Positions 25,175-37,469 of a stretch of DNA of 64,000 nucleotides are shown here, piece after piece. The stretch is from NCBI GenBank assembly GCA_030390025.1, contig CM059432.1:105712001-105776000 (forward strand). Direction: 5' to 3'. Every line of letters starts with the position of its first letter. Position 1 is the first letter of the stretch. The translations under genes and the position numbers were made by a program. Below the pieces are notes generated by a model. That model worked only from the letters and a program-made list of their open reading frames with translations, ran no database searches and had not been told where the DNA came from. This DNA is from Squalus acanthias. Its lineage: Eukaryota.

Positions 25175-26756
25175 CCGTGTGGTGAAGGTATTCCCACAGT
25201 GCTGTTAGGGAGGGAGTTCCAGGATTTTGGCCCAGCGACGATGAAGGAACGGTGATATACTTCCAAGTCAGGATGGTGTGTGACTTGGAGGGGAACTTGG
25301 AGGTGGTGATGTTCCCATGCGCCTGCTGCCCTTGTCCTTCTAGGTGGTAGAGGTCGCGGGTTTGGGAGGTGCTGCCGAAGAAGTTATGTTTCATTATAGT
25401 CTACAAGATTAAAAAATTCCCCACTTCCATATTATTGAAGAAAACATTCCATTTTATAATGAAATGCTTTCAATTTTATTTCTGGGAAACTTTCAGTGCT
25501 TGGCTCTATATTTTGTTTCTCACGGGCTATCTGGAGCCCTTCAGTCTTGCACTCAGTTTCATTTATTTCGAAGTGCGGTGGCTAGCTCCCTCTGCTGACT
25601 GTGAATGCTTCTTTCTATTTTGCTTCAGCTTATTAATGTAATACAGGAAGGTTGAAACTACAGCATGTGTGGAATCTCAGACACAGGTCCACGTTTTCTG
25701 TCCTGGTGGAACTCCAATGAGTTGTGTGACCACGTCACATTTTATTCATAAGATATTTTTATACAAACACTAAACCAACCTGATTTACAAAAACAAAACT
25801 AAGGATCACTACTTCCAGTGTGACAATTACATTCTTCTTTAAATCACTGGTCCAATCTCTGATTGTACAGTGGGGAAGGCGATGAGCATGAGGTAAAGGC
25901 GTTTTCTTCATTTTAACAATATTTTTCAGTATTTTTTATTTAGTGAAAACCGTGGACCTCCTAGCTGTGCATATCTGATCCTTGAAATTATACCGTGAGA
26001 TTATTAGCGTTCCATTGAATTTCTTTGACCTTTATTTTAATGGAGGTGTTAACTCATTTAAAATAAACAAAAGGAATTTAATATATTTATATGCAAATAT
26101 TCACCCAATGTAATTTCAAGGCCCTGGATGTTTTGTACTGATTGAAATTAGGAGGCTGGTCACCACATTCTTAGATGTTTTAAAATAAAATTCTAATAAA
26201 TTATTTATATCTTAAATTCACAAATATATAATTGTGAACAATAACAGCAGTAGCACAGCAATCTTCTCCACTGTGACCTAACCATCTGTCTTCCACAGAC
26301 AACATTACCCTTCATCCAAATCCAATAGCAGAGGGCCAGCATGTCTCAATCGATATACTTATCACTATCCCTATAATCCTCAATCCATTTCCCATCCAGT
26401 TATTTATCAATCTCCTGCTTTTGCTAAGAGTCTGTACCACAGATCCACTGTTCTAACCAAGTATCCTCGAATTCTATAGGCACAGTCAAAGTCAAATACT
26501 CAGCTATAGCTACATCTGTATCTCTCAGTATTTCATACCTTATTATTACAGAATTCAGTAATTGTACCATTCTGTCACTGCCAAGTCTGGACTCAGAAAT
26601 AACAGATTACTGAAAATGTATCGGATTCACGCCTGTGCTCCAATGTAGAAACTTTGCCAATATAGCCTCTGATGTCTATGTTGTTGGAGAAAGGGCTATA
26701 CAGTATAACAATGCCAAAAGCACATTGCTGTTCTGTGCAGGCAGTCCGACCTCTCA

Positions 26757-27276
26757 AGCCAGCCTCCCATCTTCCACCCTCCATAAACTTGAGCTCATCC
26801 AAAACTCTGCTGCATGTATCCTAACTCACACCAAGTCCCGTTCACCCATCACCAGTGCTCGCTGACCTACACTGGCTTCTGGTCTGGCAACGCCTCAATT
26901 TTAAAATTCTCATCCTTGTTTTCAAATCCCTCCATATCTCTGTAACCTCCTCCAGCCTATAACCCTCCGAGATCTCTGCACTCCTCCAATTCTGGCCTCT
27001 TGCTCATCTCTAATTTTAATCGCTCCACCATTGGTGGCTATGCTTTCAGTTGCCAAGGCCCTAAGCTCTGGAATTCCCTCCCTAAACCTCTCCGCCTCTC
27101 TACCTCTCCTCCTTTAAGATGCTCCTTAAAACCTGCCTCTTTGACCAAGCTTTTGATCATCTGTCCTAATATCTCCTTATGTGGCCCGTGTCAAATTTTG
27201 TTTGATAACACTCCTGTGAAGCGTCTTGGGATGTTTTACTATGTTAAAGGTGCTATATAAATGTAAGTTGTTGTTG
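26757..27276 (+). mobile_element. L2 LINE 3' end
   Basis: LHKLELIQNSAA and GPKLWNSLP motifs. Tail GCTATATAAATGTAAGTTGTTGTTG. Confidence 0.8.
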
Positions 27277-29184
27277 CTGCAGCCAACTCTAAAATGATGG
27301 TTAATATTTGCGATACACAACAATCAGATGCACTGGTCAAAACCACTTCTTGGTGATGTCGCAATTGAAGCAAATATGGTATGAGGGAGCTGGATCATAT
27401 TTCCCCTTAGTCTCCTTTACGCCAACAATTTTTAGCTTTGTGAGTTCCTTCTCAAACGTACAACTATGTAGAATCATAGAATGGTTACAGCACAGAAGGA
27501 GGCCATTCGGCCTGTTGAGCTTGTGCCAGCTCTCTGCAAGAGCATTTCAGCTAGTCCCACTCCCCCGCCCTTTCCCTGTAGTCCTGCAAAGTCTTTTCCT
27601 TCAGTTAATTATCTAATTTCCTTTTGAAAGCCACGATTGAGTCTGCCTCCACCACTCTCTCAAGCCGTGCATTCCAGATCCTAACCACTCGCTGCGGAAA
27701 AAAGTTTTTCCTCATCTCGCCTTTGGTTCTTTTGCCAATCACTTTAAATCTGTGTCCTCTGTTTCTCAACCCTTCCTCCTATGGGAACAGTTTCTCTCTA
27801 TCTACTCTGTCTAGACCCCTCATGATTTTGAACACCTCTATCAAATCTCCTCTCAACCTTCTCTGCTCTAAGGAGAACAATCCCAGCTTCTCCAGTCTAT
27901 CCACATAACTGAAGTCCCTCATCCCTGGAATCATTCTCGTAAATCTTTTCTGCACCTTCTCTAAGGCCTTCACATCCTTCCTAAAGTGCGGTGCCCTGAA
28001 TTGGACACAATACTCCAGTTGAGGCCGAACCAGTGTTTTATAAAGGTTCATCATAACTTCCTTGCTTTTGTATTCTATGCCTCTATTTATGAAGCCCAGT
28101 ATCCCGCATGCTTTTTTAACCGCTTTCTCAAGCTGCCCTGCCACCTTCAATGATTTGTGCACATATACCCCCAGGTCTCTCTGTTCATGCACCTCTTTAG
28201 AATTGTACCCTTTAGTTTATATTGGCTCTCTTCATTGTTCCTACCAAAATGTATCACTTCGCACTTTAATTTCATCAGCCACGTGTTCGCCCATTTCACC
28301 AGCCTGTCTATATCTTCTTGAAGTCTATCCTATCCTCCTCACTGTTCACTATACTTCCAAGTTTTGTGTCATCTGCAAATTTTGAAATTGTGCCCTGTAC
28401 TCACAAGTCCAAGTCATTTGTATATATCAAAAAAAGCAGTGGTCCTAGTACCAACCCCTGGGGAACACCACTGTATACCTTCCTGCAGTTCAAAAAACAA
28501 CCGTTCACCTCCACTCTCTGTTTCCTGTCACTTAGCCAATTTCGTATCCATGCTGCCACTGCCCCTTTTATTTCATGGGCTTCAACTTTGCTGGCAAGCC
28601 TATTATGTGGCACTTTATCAAACGCCTTTTAGAAGTCCATATACACCACGTCAACCGCATTGCCCTCATCAACCCTCTTCTCTGTTAGCTCATCAAAAAA
28701 CTCGATCAAGTTAGTTAAACACGATTTGCCTTTAACAAATCCGTGCTGGCTTTCCTTAATTAATCCACACTTGTCCAAGTGACTGTTAATTTTGTCCCTG
28801 ATTATCATTTCTAAAAGCTTCCCCACTACCGAGGTTAAACTGACTGGCCTGTAGTTGCTGGGTTTATCATTACACCCTTTTTTGAACAAGGGTGTAACAT
28901 TTGCAATTCTCCAGTCCTCTGGCACCACCCCCGTATACGAGGAGGATTGGAAGATTATGGCCAGTACCTCCACGATTTCCTCCTTAACCTCCCTCAGCAT
29001 CCTAGGATGCATCCTATCCAGTCCTGGTGGCTTATCAATTTTAAGTACAGACAGCCTTTCTAGTACCTCCTCTTTATCAATTTTGATCTCATCCAGTATC
29101 TCCACTACCTCCTCTTTCACTATGACTTTGGCAGCATCTTCTTCCTTGGTGAAGACAGATGCAAAGTATTCATTTAGTACTTCA

Positions 29185-30586
29185 TTTGCTGTTTGTAGTG
29201 TACATTAATAATTTAGATATGAATGTAGGAGGTATGATCAGTAAGTTTGCAGATGACACAAAAATTGGTGGCGTGGTAAATAGCGAGGAGGGAAGCCTCA
29301 GGCTACAGGACGATATAGACGGGTTGGTCAGATGGGCAGAACAGTGGCAAATGGAATTTAACACTGAAAAGTGTGACTGATGCAAGGGAATACACAATGA
29401 ATAGTAGGACCCTAGGAAGGACAGAGGATCAGAGGGACCATGGCGTGCATGTACATAGATCCCTGAAGGCAGCAGGACAGGTAGATAAGGTGGTTAAAAA
29501 GGCATGTGGGATACTTGCCTTCATTAGCCAAGGCATAGAATATAAGAGCAGGGAGGTTATGATGGAGCTGTACAAAACGCTAGTTAGGCCACAGTTGGAA
29601 TACTGTGTGCAGTTCTGGTCGCCACACTATAGGAAGGATGTGATTGCATTGGAGAGGGTGCAGAGGAGATTCACCAGGATGTTACCTGGGCTGCAGCGCT
29701 TCAGCTATGAAGAGAGACTGGACAGGCTGGGGTTGTTTTCCTTAGAGCAGAGAAGGCTGAGGGGGGACCTGATTGAAACATAGAAACATAGAAACATAGA
29801 ATCTAGGAGCAGGAGTAGGCCATTCAGCCCGTCGAGCCTGCTCCACCATTCAATACGATCATGGCTGATCATCCAAATCCAGTACCCTGTCCCTACTTTA
29901 ATCCCCACAGTACACATATCCCACCCTACCCCCGTAACCCCACGTATTTAATTCCCCCTAACATATCCCATCCTATCCCCATAACCCCACACATATTTAA
30001 TCCCCCCCTAACACTAAGGGTCAATTTTATCATAGCCAAATCAACCTAACCCGCACATTTTTGGACTGTGGGAGGAAACCGGAGCACCCGGAGGAAACCC
30101 ACGCAGACACGGGGAGAATGTGCAAACTCCACACAGACAGTCACCCGAGGTCAGATTCGAACCCGGGTCTCTGGCGCTTGAGGTGTACAAAATTATGAGG
30201 GGCATAGATAGGGTAGATAGAAAGGAACTTTTCCCTTTAGTAGAGGGGTCAATAACCAGGGGGCATAGTTTCAAGGTAAGGGGCAGGAGGTTTAATGGGG
30301 ATTTGAAGAAAAACATTTTCACCCAGAGGGTGGTTGGAATCTGGAACTCACTGCCTGAAAGGGTGGTAGAGGCAGGAACCCTCACAACATTCAAGAAGCA
30401 TTTAGATGAGCACTTGAAACGCCATAGCATACAAGGCTACGGACCAAGTGCTGGAAAATGGGATTAGAATAGACAGGGCTTGATGGCCGGCGCGGACACG
30501 ATGGGCCGAAGGGCCTCTTCTCTGCAAATTTGCTCCTCTATATCTTTCCCACTAGTTGGTGGCCTATAGACTCTGACTCTATGACT
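29185..30586 (+). mobile_element. 5'-truncated CR1 nested in the antisense CR1
   Basis: Near-identical to 45942-46922. TSD CTTCA at 29180-29184 and 30587-30591. Confidence 0.88.
29777..30177 (-). mobile_element. V-SINE (HE1-like tRNA-derived SINE), 5'-truncated
   Basis: B-box GGTTCGAATC on the minus strand. V-domain GGAGGAAACCGGAGCACCCGGAGGAAACCCACGCAGACACGGGGAGAA...AAACTCCACACAGAC. CR1-type tail (TTTCTATG)n. TSD TTGA. Confidence 0.85.
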
Positions 30587-32873
30587 CTTCAGCCATACCC
30601 TCTGCCTCCATGCATGGGTCTCCTTTTTGGTCGCTAATCGGCCCCACCCCTCCTCTTACTACCCGTTTATTATTTATATGCCTATAGAAGACTTTTGAAT
30701 TCCCTTTTATGTTAGATGCCAATCTATTCTCATGCTCTCTCTTTGCCCCTCTTATTTTCTCTTTCACTACCCCTCTGAACTTGCAATTATCAGCCTGATT
30801 CTCACTTGTATTCTCAACTTGACATCTGTCATACGCGCTCTTTTTCTGCTTCATCTTACTCCCTATTTCTTTCGTCATCCAGGGAGCTCTGGCTTTTGTT
30901 GCCCTACCTTTCCCCCTCGTGGGAATGTACCTCGACTGTACCTGAACCATCTCCTCTTTAAAGGCAGCCCATTGTTCGATTACAGTTTTGTCTGCCAATC
31001 TTTGATTCCAATTTACCCGGGCCAGATCCGTTCTCAACTCACTGAAATTTGCCTTCCTCCAATTACGTATTTTTACTCTAGATTGCTTCCTGTCCTTTTC
31101 CATAGCTAATTTAAACCTTATGATACTATGATCACTGTTCCCTAAATGTTAACCTACTGACACTTGCTCCACTTGACCCACCTCATTCTCCAGAACCAGA
31201 TCCAGAAACCTATTGATCAAGATAGTTCTCCTGAACACACTTAAAAAATTCTTCCCCCTCTCTGCCCTTTACTCTATTACTATCCCAGTCTATATTAGGA
31301 TAATTGAAGTCCCCCATTATTACTACTCCATAGTTTTTGCATCTCTCTGTAATTTCTCTGCAAATTTGCTCCTCTATATCTTTCCCACTAGTTGGTGGCC
31401 TATAGAATACACCTCGTAGTGTAATGACACCTCTATTATTTCTTAATTCTAACCAAATAGATTCTGTCCTTGCCCCCCCAGGATATCCTCTCTCTCCAGC
31501 ACTGTAACATTCTACTTAACCAATACTGCCACCCCACCTCCTATCTTTCCTTCCCTATTTTTCCTGATCACCTTATATCCAGATATATCTAAAACCCAAT
31601 CATGCCCTTTTTTGAGCCAGGTCTCCGTTATCGCCACGACATCATATTCCCATGTGGCTATTTGCGCCTGTAGCTCACCAACCTTATTTACCACGCTTCG
31701 TGCGTTTACACACATACACTGTAAATTTGTCTTAGACCTTCTTGTATTCTCTCTTAATCTGACCCCACCTAATACCTTACTATTTCTTACTCTAGTTCTA
31801 TCTGTCTCTCCCCATCCTTTGTGCACTTTGCTTCTCCTTTCTAATGCTACATCCTGGTGCCCATCCCCCTGCCAAGCTAGTTTAAACCCTCCCCAACAGC
31901 ACTAGCAAACCCCCCCGCAAGGAAATTGGTTCCGGCTCTGTTGAAGTGCAACCCATCCGGCCTGTACAGGTCCCACCTCCCCCAGAACTGGCCCGAATAC
32001 CTCAGGAATCTAAAGCCCTCCCTCCTGCACCATCTCTCCAGCCACGCATTCATCTGCTCTATCTTCCTATTTCTATACTCACTAGCTCGTGGCAGAGGGA
32101 GTAATCCAGAGATTACTACCTTTGAGGTCCTTCTTTTTAATCTCTTTCCTTGCTCCCTAAAATCTGCCTGCAGGACCTCATCCCTCTTTCTACCGATATC
32201 GTTGGTACCGATATGGACCACAACCTTTGGCTGTTCACCCTCCCCCACTCAGAATGTTCTGCAGCCGCTCAGTGACATCCTTGACCCTGACACCAGGGAG
32301 GCAACATACCATCCTGGAATCACATCTGCGGCCGCAGAAACGTCTGTCTGTTCCCCTAACTATCGAATCCCCTACCACTATTGCCTTCCCGATCTTCCAC
32401 CTCCCCCCCACCCCCGTACAGCTGAGCCACCCATGGTGCCATGGACTTGGTTCTGGCTGTACTCCCCAGAGGAACCATCGCCCTCACACTGAATACTGGT
32501 TGGAGAGCGACATGCACTCAGGGGACTCCTGCACCACCTGTCTGGTCCTCCTTGTCTGTCTGACGGTCACCCATTCCCTCTCAGCCTGCACACTCTTACG
32601 CTGCAGGGTGACCACCTCCTGAAACGTGCTATCCACATCGCTCTCAGCCTCACGGATGCACTGCAGTGATGCCAGCTGCTGCTCAAGCTCCGAGACCCGG
32701 AGCTCAAGCTCCTCTAGCCGACAGCACTTTCTGCACACGTGATTGTCCAGGACACAGGAAGCATCCTGGAGTTCCCACATGGCACAGGATGTGCATTCCA
32801 CGGGACTGAGGTGCCCTGCCATGCCTCTATTTATCGACTGTTAACTAACTTACAGAAATAAACTTAAGACTCA

Positions 32874-34550
32874 GGGCTAGAAATTGGGCTCCTTTGCACC
32901 TCCCGTTAGCACCTCCGGGGCTGCTAACGGGGCGCAAATGGGTTTGCGAACGGGCACAGCAATATCAACGCCTCCCGCTACATTCGGAGTTTTGCGGCGG
33001 CAGTAAGACGTTGCGCCCCGATCTCCTGCGCCTGGAGATCATGACGTCATTTCCGTGCACAGCGCCCCGGATGAAAAATTCCCTCTCGCCTCCTGGTTGT
33101 GCGCCTGCCATTAACAACGACAAGTAGAGGAGGCGGCTTTCAGTCGGATGTCCCCTGCAGGAGCGCTATTTAAAGGCGTCCACATCTGGTTTAGTTTTTG
33201 TCGGCCAACAATGCTCCGTTGTTAGTTTCACTTAGGCAAAGAGGCCTTTTGACCGATTTGAGCGTTTTGCATTTTAACGAGTGTTCTGGCACATAAAGAT
33301 TCTTCAGTTTCATTGAGCGGAGATTTGAAAGTACAATATTTGTATCCTTTCATGGGGGCTGTACTGACACTGGACCTCGCCCTCCAGCGTCAACATCGGA
33401 GGCAACTGAGGCACAGAGAAAAAGTACAAAATGTGGCCAGAGGTAGGAGGGCCAACAGGGCTCTCAACAGGAGGCCTTACCCACCCAGGGTATTCCGGCA
33501 GCAGTTCTACTACATGAATTTCACAGAGGACCAGTGTGTTAGAAGGCTTCGCTTCAGCAAGGAGGTGGTCACAGAGCTCTGCCACCTCCTGCAGCCAGAC
33601 CTCGAGCCTCAGATCAGGACCACCACGGCTCTCTCAGTGGCAGTCAAGGTCATCGTCGCCCTCAATTTCAACACCAGCGGATCATTCCAGTGTTTGACAG
33701 GCAACATCTCCGCCATCTCCCAGTCCATTGCTCCATCCGCCAGGTCACAGATGCTCTGTACAGAAGGAGGAAGGACTACATTTGCTTCCCCATGACCAGA
33801 GAGAAGCAGTGCAAGCGTGCATGTGGCTTTGCTAGGATAGCGGGCTTCCCCCTGGTGCAGGGCGCCATTGACTGCACCCACTTCGCTTTGCGGGCACCTC
33901 ATAATAATCCTGAGGTATTCCGTAACCGCAAAGGCTACCACTCACTTAATGTGCAGTTGGTGTGCGACCACACATGACGAATCCTGACCGTCAATGCCCG
34001 CTATCCTGGCAGCAGCCACTCTGCCATCATCCTGATCTATTCCAGCCATCACATCAAGCTTGCTTGAGACAAGGGCTATCCACTCTCCACCTGGCTCATG
34101 ACTCCCATCCGCAACCCCAACACTCGTGGCCAGCACTCACATAATGAGAGCCATGCTGCCACCAGGAACATCATTGAGCAGACCATCGGAGTGCTCAAGC
34201 AACGGTTCCGCTGCCTTGACCGATCGGGAGTAGCCCTCCAGTACTCGGCTGAACGGGTGGATCTTTTCGTCATCGTCTGCTGCATACTGCAAAACTTGCC
34301 CATTGAGGGCGCAGCCATTGTCACCAGGCATAACTCCACCACCTCAGGAGGAGGAAGAAGAGGAGCAGGAGGATAAACAGCAACGATGGAGGAGGCAGCC
34401 ACTCAATCGGCGTTGTGCAAGGTCGGTCCTTGACAGCCTCAGCAGAGTTCATTTCCAGTGACTTTGAGTCGTCTTTCCGGTTGCTGAGCATGTCACCATC
34501 ATTCCATCACTTTGTGATTCCATACCACACCCCAAAACTGAAATGAGACA
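32874..34550 (+). mobile_element. Harbinger copy 2 (left TIR + transposase; Myb half lost)
   Basis: Starts GGGCTAGAAATT, followed by GC-rich subterminal repeats, a TATA-like CTATTTAAAGG, then the transposase. Confidence 0.8.
33352..34461 (+). pseudogene. Harbinger DDE transposase, frameshifted
   Basis: MGAVL...RPYPPRVFR...RRLRFSKE...AVKVIVALNF...GSFQ; GAIDCTH; NRKGYHSLNVQLVCD; DKGYP; IEQTIGVLKQRFRCLD. Confidence 0.9.
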
Positions 34551-34599
34551 CAGCACCAAACAACAACTTCTATTTATATAGTGCCTTTAACAAATCAAA

Positions 34600-35327
34600 T
34601 GGGCAAATCAAATTACCACTAATGGTGTGGAGGACGAATTCTTGGAATGCATGCAAGATGGTTTCCTGGATCAGTATGTGGAGGAACCAACCAGGGAACA
34701 GGCTATTCTGGATCTGGTACTGTGTAATGAGAAAGGGCTAATCAATAATCTTGTGGTAAAGGGGCCTTTAGGGACAAGTGATCATAATATGATTGAATTT
34801 TACATTAAGTTTGAGAGTGATGTAGTCCAATCTGAAACTAAGGTCTTCAATCTCAACAGAGGAAACTACAAGGGTATGAGGGACAAGCTGGCCATGGTAG
34901 ATTGGGACTACACTAAAAGGTATGAAGGTGGACATACAATGGCTAACATTCAAGGAAATAATGCATAATTTGCAACAAACATATATTCCTCTGGGGCATT
35001 AAAACCCAAAAGGAAAAGTGATCCAACCATGGCTAACAAAAGAAATTAAAGCTAGTATTAAGTCAAAGGAGGAAGCTTATAAAGTTGCCAGAAAAAGCGG
35101 TCAGCCTGAGGATTGGGATCTTTTTAGAAATCAGCAAAGGGGAACCAAGAAATTGATAAAGAAAGGGAAAATGGAATATGAGCACAAACTAGCAAATATA
35201 AAAACAGACTGTAAAAGCTTCTATAGATATGTGAAAAGGAAAAGACTGGCGAAGGTAAATGTAGTCAGAGACAGGAGAATTTATAATGGGGAATGAGGAA
35301 ATGGGTTAGAAATTAATTAAATACTTT
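34600..35327 (+). mobile_element. Internal CR1 ORF2 fragment ('family C')
   Basis: Near-identical to about 41780-42520 (EPTREQAILDLVLCNE...SDHN). Confidence 0.85.
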
Positions 35328-36012
35328 GGGCTGGATTTTCAATGACCCGTGGAGTCGGGTTTGGAGGTGTGTGGGGGGTTAAAGTTGCAGATTTGGGGGT
35401 CCCGACCCCATTCCGCCTCCACGCAATTTTGACAAAATCGGTTGCGGGGTTCCCGACTCCATCCCGCCTCCAAGAGGCAGGAGAGGCCATTAAAGCCCTT
35501 AACAAGCCCTAAATTGGCTCTGTAATGCCATTTTGAAACGTTTTGGCTAGTTTAACCCTTTTCCGACGTGAAGTACGCCTGATGTGAAACACGCCAGTGA
35601 AACCTGGCGGGAGCACAAGTGGATAGCTGACTATCAGCTGCAGGTCCACTATTACAACGGAGATGTGATGAAGGTAGTAGTAGTATTTAGTAGTAGTATT
35701 AGGTGTGAAAGTCGCCTCTAAAAAAATTCTCTCTCTCTCTCTCTCTCTGAGATGCTGCTCATTTTGCATCCAGGTCCTCTCACAGCAAAGGCCAGGCAAT
35801 TTCTGAGACCAGGCAGTCTCTGACCTGCAATGAAGACATCATCAGAGGTGACTTTCAGACTCAAACCACTAATTGGTTCATGGTTTCCCACATGCTGGAA
35901 CTCAATTGCCCAATTAAGTGAAAATTGCATCAATCTCCCACATCCAATTGCAGGCGGGTGGATAACACGAAATGCGGATGACACGACCCCAACCCGCCCC
36001 AGTATCAAAATC
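35328..36012. mobile_element. Harbinger-like MITE, far TIR clipped; inverted sister of 54640-55439
   Basis: Starts GGGCTGGATTTT and ends CAAAATC (partial TIR). High similarity to the reverse complement of 54640-55439. Internal (CT)n. Confidence 0.8.
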
Positions 36013-36810
36013 TCAAGTTTACGGAGGGTAGAGCGTGGGAGGCCAGCCAGGAGTGCATTGCAATAGTCAAATCTAGAGGTAATGGATGAAGGTTTCAGCA
36101 GCAGATAAGCTGAGGCAGGGGCGGAGTCAGGCGATGTTCTGGAGGTGGAAATAGACGGTTTAGTGATTGCGCGGATATGTGATCAGAAGCTCATCTTGGG
36201 GTCAAATATGTCACCAAGGTTGCGAACAGTCTGGTTCAGCCTCAGACAGTTGCCAGGGAGAGGGATGGAGTCGGTGGCTAGGTAGCAGAGTTTGTGATGG
36301 TGATGGAAGATAATGGCTTCGGTCTTCCCAGTATTTAGTTGGAGGAAATTTCTGCTCACCTAATGCTGGATGTCTGACAATTTAGAGACAGTGGAGGGGT
36401 CAAGAGAGGTGGTGGTGAGGTAGAGTTGGGTGTCGTCAGTGTACATGTGGAAACTGACTCTGTTTTTTCGGATGATGTCGCCAAGAGTCAGCATGTAGAT
36501 GAGAAATAGGAGGAGGCCAAGGATAGATCCTTGGGGGACAACAGAGGTAATGGTGCGGGAGCAGGAAGAGAAGTCATTGCAGGTGATTCTCTGGCTACGA
36601 TTAGATAGATAAGAATGGAACCAGGCGAGTGCAGCCCCACCCAGCTGGACAACGGTGGAGAGGTGTTGGAGGAGGATGGTGTGGTCAACAGTGTCACAGG
36701 CTGCAGACAGGTCAAGAGGGACAGTTAACCGTTGTCAGAGTCACCAAGGATGTCATTTCAGTACTGTAACAGGGGAGGAAAACTGATTGAAGGGATTCAA
36801 ACATGGAGCC
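36013..36810 (-). mobile_element. L2 LINE RT fragment
   Basis: Minus strand carries GVPQGSILG, HMYTDDTQL and SRFDYCNALLAGLP-like motifs. Confidence 0.75.
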
Positions 36811-37043
36811 TCCACTGAGATAAGCACACACCAGGGGGAAAACCCATGACCTTCCTCATCTGTATGGCTCAGCTCCTTGCTGGATAAATTAATGGAACCA
36901 TTGGTTAGCCTTTTTCAATCCATTGATAATGAAATGTTTCCATTTATATTGACGATTTGTGCAATTAACTGAAGTGTAATAGACAAATGCGATTTGGTTA
37001 AAGCAACAGATTAATTTAAAGATCACAATCATGTAAAGTATGA

Positions 37044-37219
37044 GGGGGAAAATTTTCCAACTTCGTCGCCTGCGCAGTGTCTTGGCGGAGCAGATCACCC
37101 GGCCGTTGTAGAACACGCCTGATTTCCATCCGGTTGATCTCCAGGGACCGGGCTGTACAACGGGCACATAATTTACTCCGCCAGGTTACCTCCTAGACAG
37201 CAAAGTTGAAAATTATCCC
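37044..37219. mobile_element. Short hairpin-forming MITE (about 175 bp)
   Basis: Ends GGGAAAATTTTCCAACTT / AAGTTGAAAATTATCCC. Nested inverted pairs GGCGGAG/CTCCGCC and CCGTTGTA/TACAACGG. Confidence 0.7.
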
Positions 37220-37469
37220 AAGTCTCACAGGGAGTGGTCAGTAGTAGATTGCAAACCACATTCCAGTGCAGGCAGCGCAAAAAAAAAACAGCAACTGCAG
37301 GAAACACATTAATGATTAACTTAAAACAAATACCTGTAGCGAACAACCAGCAAGGCAGATTTCTTTACCCTTTCTGAAAGAAAAAAAAACCTTTTTATCT
37401 TTTGAAGACTGCAGATGTCTTCTTACAGAAGGCCCTGTACACTAATATATAAATAGGACAGTTTGTTTT

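Larger units (their letters stand above)
23345..25383 (-). mobile_element. Family-A LINE 3' end, split by a CR1 insertion
   Basis: 23345-23467 and 25175-25383 are reverse complements of the family-A 3' end at about 5830-6130. TSD CCGTGT at 23462-23467 and 25175-25180. Confidence 0.85.
27469..32873 (-). mobile_element. Near full-length CR1 (ORF1 with Cys-rich N-terminus and esterase, ORF2), interrupted at 29185-30586
   Basis: ORF1 MAGHLSPVECTSC...HVCRKC...LELRVSELE...VHIGTND at 31877-32822. ORF2 fragments 27779-31826. Tail TAGAATCATAGAAT. Confidence 0.88.
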
